64,000 nucleotides of DNA from Asterionella formosa (taxonomy: Eukaryota), in the NCBI GenBank assembly GCA_002256025.1, contig NKIB01009591.1:1-64000 (forward strand), read 5' to 3'. Position numbers and translations under genes: made by a program. Positions 1 through 11,472 of this stretch are shown piece after piece. The notes below the pieces were generated by a model, which worked only from the letters and a program-made list of their open reading frames with translations, was not told the DNA's origin and did no database searches. Position 1 is the first letter of the stretch. Every line of letters starts with the position of its first letter.

Positions 1-454
1 TTGATATCATGCATGTACTGTCAATCTGAATCCTACGATGGAACAAAATTGAACGCTGTTTCTACATGTTTTTGGGGAGAAAAGTCACCCAGTCTCCCCA
101 AAAAGCCGCTGCTGACGGGGCCGCAGAAAATATACGTGTTAAAAGCTAGAGGGGAATAAATGTCAGCGCGGAAAAAAGGGGAGAATTTCTCCCCAAAAAT
201 GTAGGAGTATCTCCTACATTCTCCCCATTTTTCCACGCTTCTTGAGTGAGTGCGGTCGGTCGTGCGGAGAGCGGCTGGGCTTGAGCGATTGTATCAGTTT
301 TGAAAACAAAACTGGTGTACGCTACCGTTCGGTATTGTATTTTCCTTTATATTTTTACTGGTATACGAAGAGTCTCGTAGTATTTATGGCTCGTCATCAT
401 TGCTGCAACCGATCAATAACATTATAGCACTGCCTACCGGTATTTCAATAAGAA

Positions 455-1012
455 ATGCAACGGCGCAAGGTCGACACACCCTCCGACAATTCCGAGATAA
501 CAGACGGTGGTCAAGGACTGTCAAGGCCAGGCACAAGAACTCGTCGTTCCGAGACAAGGCCCAGCAGAAGACTTGGATTGATTCTTATTGTTGTAATCAT
601 TGCTATTGTTGTTGTCATCATTATACATCCTTCCTCTGTTAATGATGTGGAACATGAACTATCTCGAGACGTTGACTTCGCAGAAAAGAAAATGGAAGAG
701 TGGCTTCAGAGGGCCAAGCCTAAGCAACTTGGCAGAATCGATGCGTCTCAAGCTATGAAGGAACAACCGTCTAGTTGGGTCGACGGCGAAAAGAAATTGA
801 AAGCCAAGCTCAAAGTGTTGGCTGAGCGTCAAAAAGAAGGAAAGGATCTGGGAGTACCCGTTTTGACTCGATTTCTTGGTGATGATTTCCCTGCATGGGT
901 TGAAAGGGGACAGGACGAAAAAGCCTGGAAGCAGAAGCGAGACGCAAAGTATGAAGCGATGCGAAAGGAAGATTTGATATGGAGGGAAAAAGCTATAAAA
1001 GCGCTTGGGTAA
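455..1012 (+). CDS. Hypothetical single-pass (type II) membrane protein, 185 aa
   Basis: ATG-initiated ORF with one hydrophobic stretch (LGLILIVVIIAIVVVIII) after a basic N-terminus and a charged helical C-terminus. No family recognised. Confidence 0.7.
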   Translation: MQRRKVDTPSDNSEITDGGQGLSRPGTRTRRSETRPSRRLGLILIVVIIAIVVVIIIHPSSVNDVEHELSRDVDFAEKKMEEWLQRAKPKQLGRIDASQAMKEQPSSWVDGEKKLKAKLKVLAERQKEGKDLGVPVLTRFLGDDFPAWVERGQDEKAWKQKRDAKYEAMRKEDLIWREKAIKALG

Positions 1013-1092
1013 TCATTATATTATTAGCTGTCAATAAACCCTAACAGATCTGTTTGGCTGTAAACTATTTCAACTAACTCTGATAAAAAGAG

Positions 1093-2076
1093 TTAACTCC
1101 TGTTCGCGTTGTGCTTCTTGTAGTCAGGCAAGTAGGGTGCAGCGAAAGAGAATAATTCCGTGAAGAAATTGTAGGGCAAGAAGAATGTGCCCATTCGTGT
1201 GCCAAGAGCCATGCCACCCAAATCGCGAAGCGCACAAGCACCAATGCTCCGAAAAATATCATTAGGTAGATCCTCAGGAGGGACTGCCGTCTTCTGAGCA
1301 GCCTCCATCAGCTCAATCTTGTGATCGACCTTGTCGTAAAAGTTACTAGCGACGGGAGAAGGATGAACAGCACAAACATCAATCCCGAGGTTTTGCACCT
1401 CAATGTGCAGACATGCTGCAAATTGCGAGACAAATGCCTTGGTAGAAGCATACATGGCAGCGAAAGGTGTAGGGATAAAGGCAGCGACACTGGATGTAAA
1501 CACTATGCACCCCTTGGTCTTGGAAGCAACCATCTTTTGTAGAAAGTGATGCGACACGTTGACGCAAGCAGTAGCATTGCACTCAACGTTCGCCAAAAGC
1601 TTTCCAAGCGGAGCTTGATCCATGAATCCGGTAACAATGAAACCAGCATTGTTAAAGATAATGTTAACTTCAATGTCCTTGGTCGCAGCTTTGATCTTTT
1701 CCATGTAGTCAACACCGGGAGAGAAGGCGACTCCAACGGATCGAAATTCCAGCTCAGCGTACATTTGCTTGAGCTCCTTCATTGTTTGCTTGAGGCAGTC
1801 GTCGTCCAAAGTGACAATGACAACATTTAATCCTTGACTGGCCAGCTTAAAGGCGATCGCCTTGCCAATGCCGCTTCCAGCCCCAGTGACCAAGGCCCAC
1901 TTGGCATTGTAGCGCTTTTTGAGATCGGGGACGGGACGCAAGGCCATGTAAATCTGGGGAATGGAATACGCTACCAACCAGATCAACGTGGGAAGTGCGA
2001 GGAATGACAAGATCAAAATGGAAAGGTTGGAAAAGGATGATCCTTCCACGCATGTTTCAAGACCTGCAACAGCCAT
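1093..2076 (-). CDS. Short-chain dehydrogenase/reductase (17-beta-HSD / 3-ketoacyl-CoA reductase-like) with N-terminal membrane anchor
   Basis: TGAGSGIG Rossmann motif, NNAG, catalytic Ser and YASTK (YxxxK), preceded by a hydrophobic segment. Confidence 0.9.
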   Translation of the reverse strand: MAVAGLETCVEGSSFSNLSILILSFLALPTLIWLVAYSIPQIYMALRPVPDLKKRYNAKWALVTGAGSGIGKAIAFKLASQGLNVVIVTLDDDCLKQTMKELKQMYAELEFRSVGVAFSPGVDYMEKIKAATKDIEVNIIFNNAGFIVTGFMDQAPLGKLLANVECNATACVNVSHHFLQKMVASKTKGCIVFTSSVAAFIPTPFAAMYASTKAFVSQFAACLHIEVQNLGIDVCAVHPSPVASNFYDKVDHKIELMEAAQKTAVPPEDLPNDIFRSIGACALRDLGGMALGTRMGTFFLPYNFFTELFSFAAPYLPDYKKHNANRS

Positions 2077-2760
2077 GATCGCGATGGTCTATTTGTATAA
2101 TGTTAATACTCTCTGAGATTTTATAGTGAACAAGAAAGGGGGAATTATGTGTACTATATTTTAGTCTATTGTTGATAAATGATATACCTTGTACCAGGTA
2201 CCATCATATTTGGTTGGGTTGTACATAATTGCTACCAGGTACCAGGTACCAGGTACCGGTAATTGCATTCGCTCTCTTCTGGTGCTCAATTAAAAATTTA
2301 GCTTACTTTATTCTGAATTGAAAGGTCTATTCAAGCAAAATGACCGCAACTTGCAACCTGTTACTCCTGGTACCTGGTACCAGGTACCGTGCATAGGCAA
2401 ACCTACCGGTACTCCTAATCCATTGTCATTGCTTGCTGCAAGGAGTTGCGATGCATGACGGTTCTTACTACGGTACACATAAGGACGGACAAGCTAAATT
2501 TCTCATTCTCCGTTTTTTTATCTGCTTTGCTGCTGGTTGATCGCAACTTGCTTCCACCGGGATAACATACGTAGGAGAAATTACTATGTACCTCACCTTT
2601 GCTCATTCCCTACAGGATGGTGAGATGAAGACTACATCGTTTCTGATTCATATTCTCAGCGCTTCGACTGCTGCTTCTTGTTATTGTTGAGCTCTGTTTG
2701 TAAATATTCTCCTCATCTAATTACTGTCATATAACAGAGGAGTACTGTTCATCCTCCACA

Positions 2761-3636
2761 ATGCTGAGAGTCCATGAGTGTCAACGACTCATGTTCATTA
2801 TAGTTACCCTCGCTAGTTCTTTTTCGCTTGAAGTCCATGCATTTTTGGACACCAGAACCTCTCGACTACAATTATTTCACACAGCAACAACGTTTCTTGA
2901 TGCAAGAAAGCCAGCAACAACACCAAAGAAAACAAAGGGCACCACCTCCTCGTCCTCTGGCTTTGGAGGAGCCGCCGTAGAGCCATGTCCATGTGGCTCA
3001 GGAAATGGGTACATGAAATGTTGCGGGAAAATACACTCGGATGAAAAGGCATATGCCAATGCAACAGCAGAACAAGTAGTTAGGGCAAGGTATTCGGCGT
3101 ATGCCAAGAGAGAGGTGAGCTGTGTTGTCACAGACAATCGGCGTTAGGAACATGTGTGTGAAGGTGTGTCTCACCCATCAACCTCGTTTCGTTGGTCTAT
3201 TTTATTATCTTGCAGATTAATTTTATCATCGGATCGACTCATCCTTTGAATAAAGACTTTATGACTGACATTGGGCATTGGAAAATTCAAATTGAGTGAG
3301 TTCCATGATGATTTTGTCCCCATTCCGGCGTGGCATACTGTGATTGTTGGATATCAAATCTCACTTTTTCTATACTTTGTCATCGTCTGCGTACTACATA
3401 GCATCAACTGCTACGATAACTTCGAATTGACCAAATGCGAAATTTTGAGTGAGGAATATGAAGGAGTAGGGGACAAGGAGGTTGCAACAGTAAAATTTGT
3501 TGCCAACATGGTACAATCTGATTCGAGAGAGCGAACTTCATTCATGGAAGCGTCGACGTTCGAGCGTGCCGGAACGCAGATCAGAAATGGAGCTTGGTTG
3601 TACAAGCATGGAGTAATATCTGATCCACCTGATTGA
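2761..3636 (+). CDS. SEC-C motif / YchJ (UPF0225)-like protein, probably plastid-targeted; exons 2761-3114, 3216-3295, 3402-3636
   Basis: CPCGSG..Y..CC zinc motif, 'AEQVVRARYSAY' and the C-terminal 'E.STFER...GAWLY' of YchJ. GT-AG introns 3115-3215 and 3296-3401 give a continuous frame (..KRE|INFIIGSTHP..KIQID|INCYDNF..). Signal peptide ends VHA-F. Confidence 0.85.
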
Positions 3637-4211
3637 GTCGAACCTGTAAAGCAAGAAGTGGCAATTGAAGAAAGCATGGGCATCAGTGAAGACGAACGGG
3701 AAATCTCTGCAGCTTCAAGCGATTCGCATTACAATATGTAGTAGTCACGATATTTGAAGCCCAAGTCGGTGGCACCAGTAACTGCCTTGTCATGCTCACA
3801 ACATTAGAATCAGCTCCGTCAGGTTCTGTTGGTAGGTGGGTTAGTTACAAAATTCCGTCATTTGCTCCCTTTTCTTTCTCCCTCTGTGACAAGTTTTGCT
3901 GCGATTATTATACTCTGTTGTAAATAATAGATTCTCGATCATTCCTACTCAAGGAAGGCTAACAAAGTGAAGGAAGATTGGAAGTTTAACTCAACACATA
4001 CCACCTCAATAGCAGGACCAGCATTCATAGTGCCAGGTACTAGTAAGGGGTATGCACAATTTGCAGTGACAGATGACAAACTGCTACTCCCTCTGTTCCA
4101 GTATAGCTGCAACCAGACTTTAGGTCACTGCCTCTCATGAAGCTCAAGCTCTGAAAGTTCTCTGGTTAATAGCCCTTCCTTTTCATTGCCTAGAGCATTT
4201 AAGTAGTGACC

Positions 4212-4254
4212 TGGGGGGGGGNNNNNNNNNNCCCCCCTCCCCCCCCCCCCCCCC
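4212..4254. other. Assembly gap (10 N) flanked by poly-G and poly-C runs
   Basis: N run at 4222-4231 between homopolymers. Confidence 0.95.
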
Positions 4255-5401
4255 ACAATGGAGAATGAATGGAGAGCATAAAGGAAATAGCATGAGTATA
4301 TTAATTATATCCCAGGATGAAGATTACTGGTACATATATTAATTACTATCTGATACTTCTTGGAACAAAAGTTAAAAATAGCCACAAAATGTTTTATTGG
4401 TAGTGTTGAGGGGAACCTTGACATTGACAGAGGTGCAGAGCTATGTACAATGTTAGCATGACAATTCCATAGACAAGTGCTTTCATTGGGGCAGGATTGC
4501 CGGTGTACACATACCGGTATGTACTCCGGAGTACCTACAGCCCTACAGCTAATCTGTTGGCTACGGTACCCTGGGCGGTCCCACCTAATGCGGTATGTAC
4601 GCCTAAAAATGGTGCCGTAATCCAACCTGGTACTCGGTGTACATAGCACCCACATACTGTACCATGTACGGCGTCGCTACAAACATGATTTAAAAGAAAA
4701 CCCACAGTAGACTACTCCTGGTATCGGTAGCTACTTGATAGCTATGCAGTCTCTAATACATCATACCGTTAGATAATAACGGTACCAGATACCTGGTACC
4801 CCGGTATATCGGTATCGGCTTAGAATTCGCACTGCTCTCCGGATTTATTTATGTTGTACCGGTGGTATGTACAAAATATAATATGGCTGCAGCCATACAT
4901 AGGGTCCACCAGTACCGGTATGTTGGCTAATTCTTCCTACCGGTAGCATACATATGATTCATGAGTACCTGGTACCAGGGTACCATTCCAGTACCTACCG
5001 GTACCAGGTACCTGGTACCAGATCATATTTCCCATTCTACTACGTCAGTCCTTCGCCTCCCACCATTTCGGATGAAATCACGTAGCACCACCAATTATAG
5101 ATCTTTAGTAGGATATTACATGGAGGACGATGATGCACTATCTTTATTAATTAAATGTGTGGTGGATGCGGTTACTAAACAAGACATTCCTTGGATGTAC
5201 ATACCGGTAGCTATCATACTCCACTTTATCGTATTGAAGGTGTCCACTAAGAACATCTGTCACAGTACCAAAAACGAATGTTTCACAAGCGCGCAACTAC
5301 CTGATCATCAACCATTATTGTCTCCTCTGTCATGATCTCCGGTGATTGGCGAAAACAAACTAGCAGATGATGGATGTAAACGCAACGAAAGTGGTACAAG
5401 T

Positions 5402-6354
5402 ATGAAGTTCCCGTTAGTTGTTGACTTTCTGTGGTGTCTTCTACTCTTGTTGCATGCTAGTGACTTCCAATGTGCGTTAGCTAATATAGAAATTGTAGAC
5501 GAAGCCTGCAGTGTCGATTCACAGTACGGAAGTCAAGACCTCCCCAGTTGTCCCAGCAGCAAGATCATTGAGTTTCTGGCAGGAAATCTGCCACGTGGTC
5601 GGTTTCGTATCCAGGGATGGCGCTGGCACACCATGTCATTAATCCGTGAATCCGGTTTGTTGTCGCTTGCAGCAGCAACTGAAGGGAGTAGTAATCACGA
5701 TGCGCTATCCAAGGCTGCAGATTATGTCATCAATTTCAACATGAAAGGTCTCCATCGAGTGGAAAACGAAGTGTTCTTTCCTTGGATGAGGACGAAATTC
5801 GGTGCTGTCGGTAGCCCTGAGGTCCGCGAAGCTTTTCTTTCCATTTTTGATCAAGTCAAATCAGACCAAGAGAAGCTTTCCGAGCTTGGAGTTTCTATGG
5901 TAAGAACTCAAAATGACAAGGATGCATTATTTTGCCCTCTGTATTCTCAACGTCGTTTTGCTTTCAGATGATCTCTGTGAACTTTATGAGGTCGACGGTC
6001 GACGAGGCGCAAAGAAAGGCCGCCATAACACAAATCGCGCAGCTCGCAGATTCTATAATGAGGCTTTGCCAGAGTATTTTAACTCGGGCAGATTCATTGT
6101 TTGTCCCTGCCATTGCTTTTCTCGTACCAGAGTCTGATCAGGTATTTTTCAACAATCTGGTGCTCGTGAAACTGGGAGTTTTGAATTCCCGTTTGCACCT
6201 AGTTGGCATGCATGAGGCCGTGTTGGAATTGAGCGAAGAAGAACAGAAACTCTTCCAGGAAGAGATTCCATCGCTACCTCGCTACATGATCCCGAGGTGG
6301 AAGAGGCTTTTGTACGAACCACGTGCTGGCATCCTAGCTTCGAGGAAGATGTAA
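5402..6354 (+). CDS. Signal-peptide protein with a hemerythrin/HHE cation-binding-like domain; exons 5402-5899, 5968-6354
   Basis: GTAAGA..TTTCAG intron (5900-5967) joins two ORFs in frame. Hydrophobic N-terminus; 'WH..L.RE' and 'LHRVENEVFFPW' resemble the HxxxE..FP motif. Confidence 0.65.
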
Positions 6355-6972
6355 ACGGAGAATTGGGCATAAGGTGGTGAGTTGTTTCGCATTCGTTTCG
6401 TGAATTGTCCCTTTTTCGAGCTCGACCTGCGTGCGTACATCTTCACAGTTTGTACGCTTTGACAGTGTCTCTGCAACCCGCGCTGAACGAACCGATTCGT
6501 CGGAACGATCTTTTGAGGTATAAGCGGCAGCTAAAAGCTCTAGATAACTTGTCGGGTGTTGAGAGCATGTTCGGGTTCGTCCTGACGTTCTCCACCTTGT
6601 CGGAGCTACATTCCCACTCCTGGACGCCGAGCGCTCTGGTGCAATTGCGTGACGGGAGATAACCGTAGCACGTACATTTCATTTTCTATTTTACCTTGTT
6701 GACGTATTATTCTGAGAACTACCGGTACTCACTCGAACTCATTTCGGTTTTCTCACCTGCCACTAGACTACAATGAAGGTTTCAATGTGACACGAGGTTT
6801 TGGTCAAGTTGTCTTCCGATGCATGTTGCTGAAATAAGGGACCAGGCATCTTTGCAGAGGTTGCTGTCTTTTATTAATTGCCATGCTTCGTTACTACTAG
6901 TACCATTTACTTTCTTCGCTTCCCTGTGCGAAAAACTAATTAGCGCTTCCTATCCATTCTCATCTAGCACTT

Positions 6973-7640
6973 TCATGGTGAGGTCGCCACAGTGCTTTGC
7001 ACGTCTTCAACCTCGTCATCCCCATTATCGTCGTCATCGTCAACTTTGGAAGCAGAAGTACGGTCCCTCTTCTGCCTCTTCGCCTTAGGCGTGCCATTTT
7101 CGTGTATTTCCTCCTCGTCCGCGTCGCTGCCCTCTACAGAGGCTTTCGCGGCAGCGATCTTTGCCTTGGATTCTCGCTTTGTTTTTTCGGCACTTCTATA
7201 GTTTTCAAGAAATGAAAGTAGCTGAGGAGTAAATTCGTCAAAGTCAAGTTCCTAAAAAGGCGTGATTCATGGGTTAGCATACCGGTAGCGTAGCCTGGTC
7301 TGGAATTCTTAGCAAACCCAAAAGTATTCCAACGAGTGCATCCAATTTCATCTTGGCCAACGCCCAGCTGACGAGACAATGACTCGCTTACCTTGATCGC
7401 TGCCAGGACATCGTTTGCTGTGATTGTTTGTCTCCTATTCTCTCTGGCAAAGTCATTGGCACAGGCTGTAATGTAAATGACAAATATCCCAGCAGCACGC
7501 GCGTACGCCGCAGAGGCGTCTTTGCCCACGTTGGTTGAGCTCGGCAAAGTATTCTTCAGAATTCTCCTCACGCATGCCAATGGAGGCTCGAATTCTATAG
7601 TTCCAGGGTTCCTGGTTTCGGCAGCATTGTTGGGTGTCAT
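6973..7640 (-). CDS. POLE3: Histone-fold protein, DNA polymerase epsilon subunit 3 / CHRAC17 (DPB4)-like; exons 7640-7392, 7251-6973
   Basis: 'PLACVRRILKNTLP...GKDA..A..RAAGIFVIYITACANDFARENRRQTITANDVLAAIK|ELDFDEF...L' after removing GT-AG intron 7252-7391, followed by an acidic tail. Confidence 0.85.
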
Positions 7641-8659
7641 GATTTTGGAAGGGCGACGGTATATAGTCTTTAAAGCAAGAAGAGCTAAGCGATCTTGTTG
7701 CCAGGATGACTGCCGGTAGACGAGGAGGAAAAATAATTAAGAATTTTTGTACGGATGATATGTATGTATATTTATCTGGACAACATGACGCTGATGGTAA
7801 TTGTAATTTACGTACCAACCTAATCAAATATATATACGGTATTCACCACTGAATAGGTTTTGAAAATGAAGACATACCGGTACATAAGTATATTTATAAA
7901 TACTGCCCGGGTATACCGGTGTCAAGAAAATTAGTTCGAGTCACGAGGATTGTGGACTCGATTGAAATCCAACGAGTCGAACCTTGCATTGCCATGTCAA
8001 TCAGCTATCTAATGAGATCAAAGATTGAAGAGTGGTTGCAACAAAGGTTGCTAAATACATTTCCAACAATGAAGACAAAAGGCAAGTTTGTATGAAAGAT
8101 ATCAGTGTGAATGCTATTGTAAATGTACTGTCTGCACTTGAACTGTTAAGTGGAAATTCGAAGAGAGTCTTAGAACAACTTTGTGGGAAGCAAAGATGCA
8201 TGAAAAGGAAGCATTTAGTTTATCTTATAATTTTAGATTATCAATTGAGGAAACAGAGTGTTAATTGACATGAAGGTCAATTAGTTTATCTACCGGTAGC
8301 AGGAAGGCTAGAAGCTGAGCAGAGAGAAAAGTAAGTGGCACCAGGTAGTACTACTAGCACGTAGGAGTCTACATCAAGAAACCCAGCCAGTGGGAAGGAG
8401 TATGAAGCTTTTTAACATACCCGTAGGCTAGTTCACGTTTTCACCTTATGTTGTGTCAAATTATGATGCTCGAGTATGGTACAGCATAAGCAAAAAAATG
8501 GAGAATGTTGGCGTACTCAAAACAACGATAGGTCAATTTATTTTAGAGACTGATGCTGGGCAAGAGTTTGGTCTGGATGAAAAATATTGTGGACACTTTC
8601 CTAACATGTTATCCTAGCCTTATTGTCCGACTTGTATTTTTGCGGCTTGGTCTGTACTG

Positions 8660-10405
8660 CTACATTGTTGAAATCACAGCATCCTTTATCTGGAGAAGCA
8701 CCATCACAAGGGCAAAGGCAGCAAACCCCAGCACGGGATAGGTAAAAATAGATGACGAATACCATCCTGCAAAGATTGTGGCTTGCTTGAAAGTTCGCGT
8801 GCTGCACATCTGGAGCAAACAAGGGGCAATGAAGGCTACATAAATTCCAGCAACTCCTGCAAGAAGCAGGGAGAATGACAAATCAGTAGCCCATATCGAA
8901 AACAAGAGGGGAGGGAAAGCAGCGATCAACCGCCAAAATATCGAAACAAACTGGGATGCCTTCTCTATCATTTCACGTCGATCATCTGACGCGAGTTCGC
9001 TGTATCGACGTATTCTGTTTCTTCTTGTTGCTGTAATCTCGACTGGAAAAAACACGTCGTATACCATAACCAATATCCGAGCAACCCATTTCAAGAATGA
9101 TCTGCCTGAACCAGCGTAAAAGTTGTTCCCAAGTGTGTTTGCGATCAGAGGAAACACGCTGATTGTGTCAATGGCAGGAAACATGACAACTATCTTGGAA
9201 GCTATTTTAAGCAAGAAAAGCAATGCTGGTGGGGTCTTTTGAGGGTCAAGTCCAAGATTGAAGTTGGAAAAATTGAGATTCACAGAGGACTTTGTGTTCG
9301 CGCCAAAGAATGAAGCTGCTGATGCTCCAAGTACTAGATACAAAAAGAAAGTTGTAATCAGCGATGCCCCAAAGACTCTTGGTGCTCGCAAAACTTTGTC
9401 GGGTTGCTCTCTAAGCGGGCGCAGCAAACCAGGGACGGAGTGCTGAAAGAGCTGAGAAAATAGAGCTGTCGAAAATGCCACTCCAAAGCCCGAGAAGCAA
9501 GCAGTGTAGCTCATCTGACAGTTGTCCAATTCGACAGGCGCAAAAAATGGTGGGTTTATGCTTTGTCTGTCAGCTTCCATATCTCCATGATTGTCTACCA
9601 ACAAGCCCAACAACGATCCAACAATCATGATGGCGATGGCGAAGAACCGTAAATACGCCATTGCAGATTGGACTGCAATTTGCTCATCAAGTTCCATACA
9701 AGATAGTGGCACTACCATGACACCAAATATGAGTTGGGGAATTCCGGTTGGGAAGTCTGAGTCACCAGAACCCCAAACCAAAGTAGCTATGGCGCCACTA
9801 AATACTTGCGAATAGGCCAGCAGTCCCACATACATCAATGCCATTAGCGACGATTGATAGATAAATTTGTGCCAAGATCCCAAGTAGTATAATACTAGGT
9901 CCACGACTTCATATCTTTTGGTATCACAACTCAGGTGCTCCATCAATTCCCCGCGAAGGAGGCTTGTTTCTTCTGACACCAGATCCTCGCCGTTCCGTAT
10001 GGTCAGTTCAAAGCGAACTCCTGTTTCTGCCACCCACATGACTGTCATATAACTTAGCAACGACACAGAGAGGAGAATTATGGAGCATAAAATAAAGCCA
10101 GATCTGGCAAATGCGTACGGGATACCCAGACACCCAACTCCGAGAATGTAGTTAATGGTCAGAAAGTATAGTGCCTGAAGGGTGTATTTCGGTTGAGTGC
10201 CATGACCTTCCATCAACTGCATCAATCTGTGATCGTCAATACTTTCCATAGATTCGAAATCGCCCTGCGCCAAAGTTGTAGACTTTTCATCATACATCCG
10301 ATTGACCAATCTGGCCAATCGAGGCACCGTCGGATGTTCCTCAAATAAATGGGGGAAGACAAGATCCTCTTCCCCATTTTCGTCAAATATTAATGTCCAG
10401 TCCAT
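8660..10405 (-). CDS. Amino-acid transporter (Aa_trans/AAAP, TMEM104-like)
   Basis: About 10-11 hydrophobic segments; 'NYILGVGCLGIPYAFARSG' and 'FQHSVPGL' motifs. Confidence 0.88.
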   Translation of the reverse strand: MDWTLIFDENGEEDLVFPHLFEEHPTVPRLARLVNRMYDEKSTTLAQGDFESMESIDDHRLMQLMEGHGTQPKYTLQALYFLTINYILGVGCLGIPYAFARSGFILCSIILLSVSLLSYMTVMWVAETGVRFELTIRNGEDLVSEETSLLRGELMEHLSCDTKRYEVVDLVLYYLGSWHKFIYQSSLMALMYVGLLAYSQVFSGAIATLVWGSGDSDFPTGIPQLIFGVMVVPLSCMELDEQIAVQSAMAYLRFFAIAIMIVGSLLGLLVDNHGDMEADRQSINPPFFAPVELDNCQMSYTACFSGFGVAFSTALFSQLFQHSVPGLLRPLREQPDKVLRAPRVFGASLITTFFLYLVLGASAASFFGANTKSSVNLNFSNFNLGLDPQKTPPALLFLLKIASKIVVMFPAIDTISVFPLIANTLGNNFYAGSGRSFLKWVARILVMVYDVFFPVEITATRRNRIRRYSELASDDRREMIEKASQFVSIFWRLIAAFPPLLFSIWATDLSFSLLLAGVAGIYVAFIAPCLLQMCSTRTFKQATIFAGWYSSSIFTYPVLGFAAFALVMVLLQIKDAVISTM

Positions 10406-11472
10406 TCTTTGTCATCGTCAATGCAGGAACGCGAGGAATTCAAATGGCATTGTACATGGAACGCTGCATGCACAAGTCCCCTTCTTGTTCTTGCTTTTTT
10501 GTGCTTACTTCGTACCGGGGATTACTGTGATATCATGCTCCTAACTAACACCCTCCATCACTCCTCTGCAAATACCGGTATACTATTGCCGGTGCACCAT
10601 TTGTGACAACAAGCAGAGAAGGATTTACAGCCTGGTACCTGGTACCAGTACCTGGTGGAGTACCAGGTACCCTGGTACCTAGTAAGACATCACCATACGT
10701 ACGATTTGTTCTACTCTCTATTTACATTTTCATATTCGGTACTGTATATATATCAGTCAATGTAATCTATATACCGGTATACAGGTATCTGAGTATAAAT
10801 GCATATACCGGTATATACGGAGTAGTTGCTGCGTTGAAATCGGTATGCTAAGCTTTTGCCATGTAAACCGGTAGTAATTGCAATGGCTCCTTTATACCGG
10901 TGTGTTTTTACATGTACATAGACGAGATCTTTTGGATGGTGGGAGCCATGGTTCTCAGATTTAAAAAAGCCCTATCCTTATGATTCAAGGTTCCCGTGGT
11001 TGCAAAATATATACCTGCTACGATGGTAGGAGTACCAGGTACAAGTTACTGGTAGTGGCAATGCATGTGGCAAGCTCATGGTAGATATCGATTACTATCC
11101 GCATGTACCGGTAGGTCCACTGCACTTGTTCAAAACGAAGTAATTGCTCGCTATCGATGTAAACCAACAACTTATAGAATAGACTAGTTTACAGCCATGC
11201 GCTCTGATAAGAACTGTATTGTTCAACGTTCTTGGCGTGAGCTCCGTCCAATTCTCAGTCCCAGTCGATCCCGGTGCCTTGCCAAACTCAAAACTCTGTG
11301 GGTCAATCTTCCCTGGTATTGTGTGGAACTAGACCTTCGCCAGTATAGTCTTGAAAATTATCCGTATAACAAAACAAATGCATGTTCATCGTCCGGACTT
11401 TGGATTAAAATATTTTCCCGGCATACAACCTGTTTTTTTATAATCTTGAAACGCAACGCCGCGCTTGACTCG

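Noticed and set aside
4212..4254. G-run/C-run inverted structure
   Set aside because: It flanks an N gap and is most likely a sequencing or assembly breakpoint.
4961..5335. Short ORFs rich in 'WYQVPGT/YLVPG' (also near 10603, 13337-13734, 40092, 58607 and 63263)
   Set aside because: They are translations of the GGTACC micro-repeat, not evidence of a peptide family.
6360..6665. GC-richer stretch considered as a structured RNA (RNase P/MRP, SRP)
   Set aside because: No diagnostic conserved motifs were found. It is compatible with a 3' UTR containing a GTGAGT..CAG intron.
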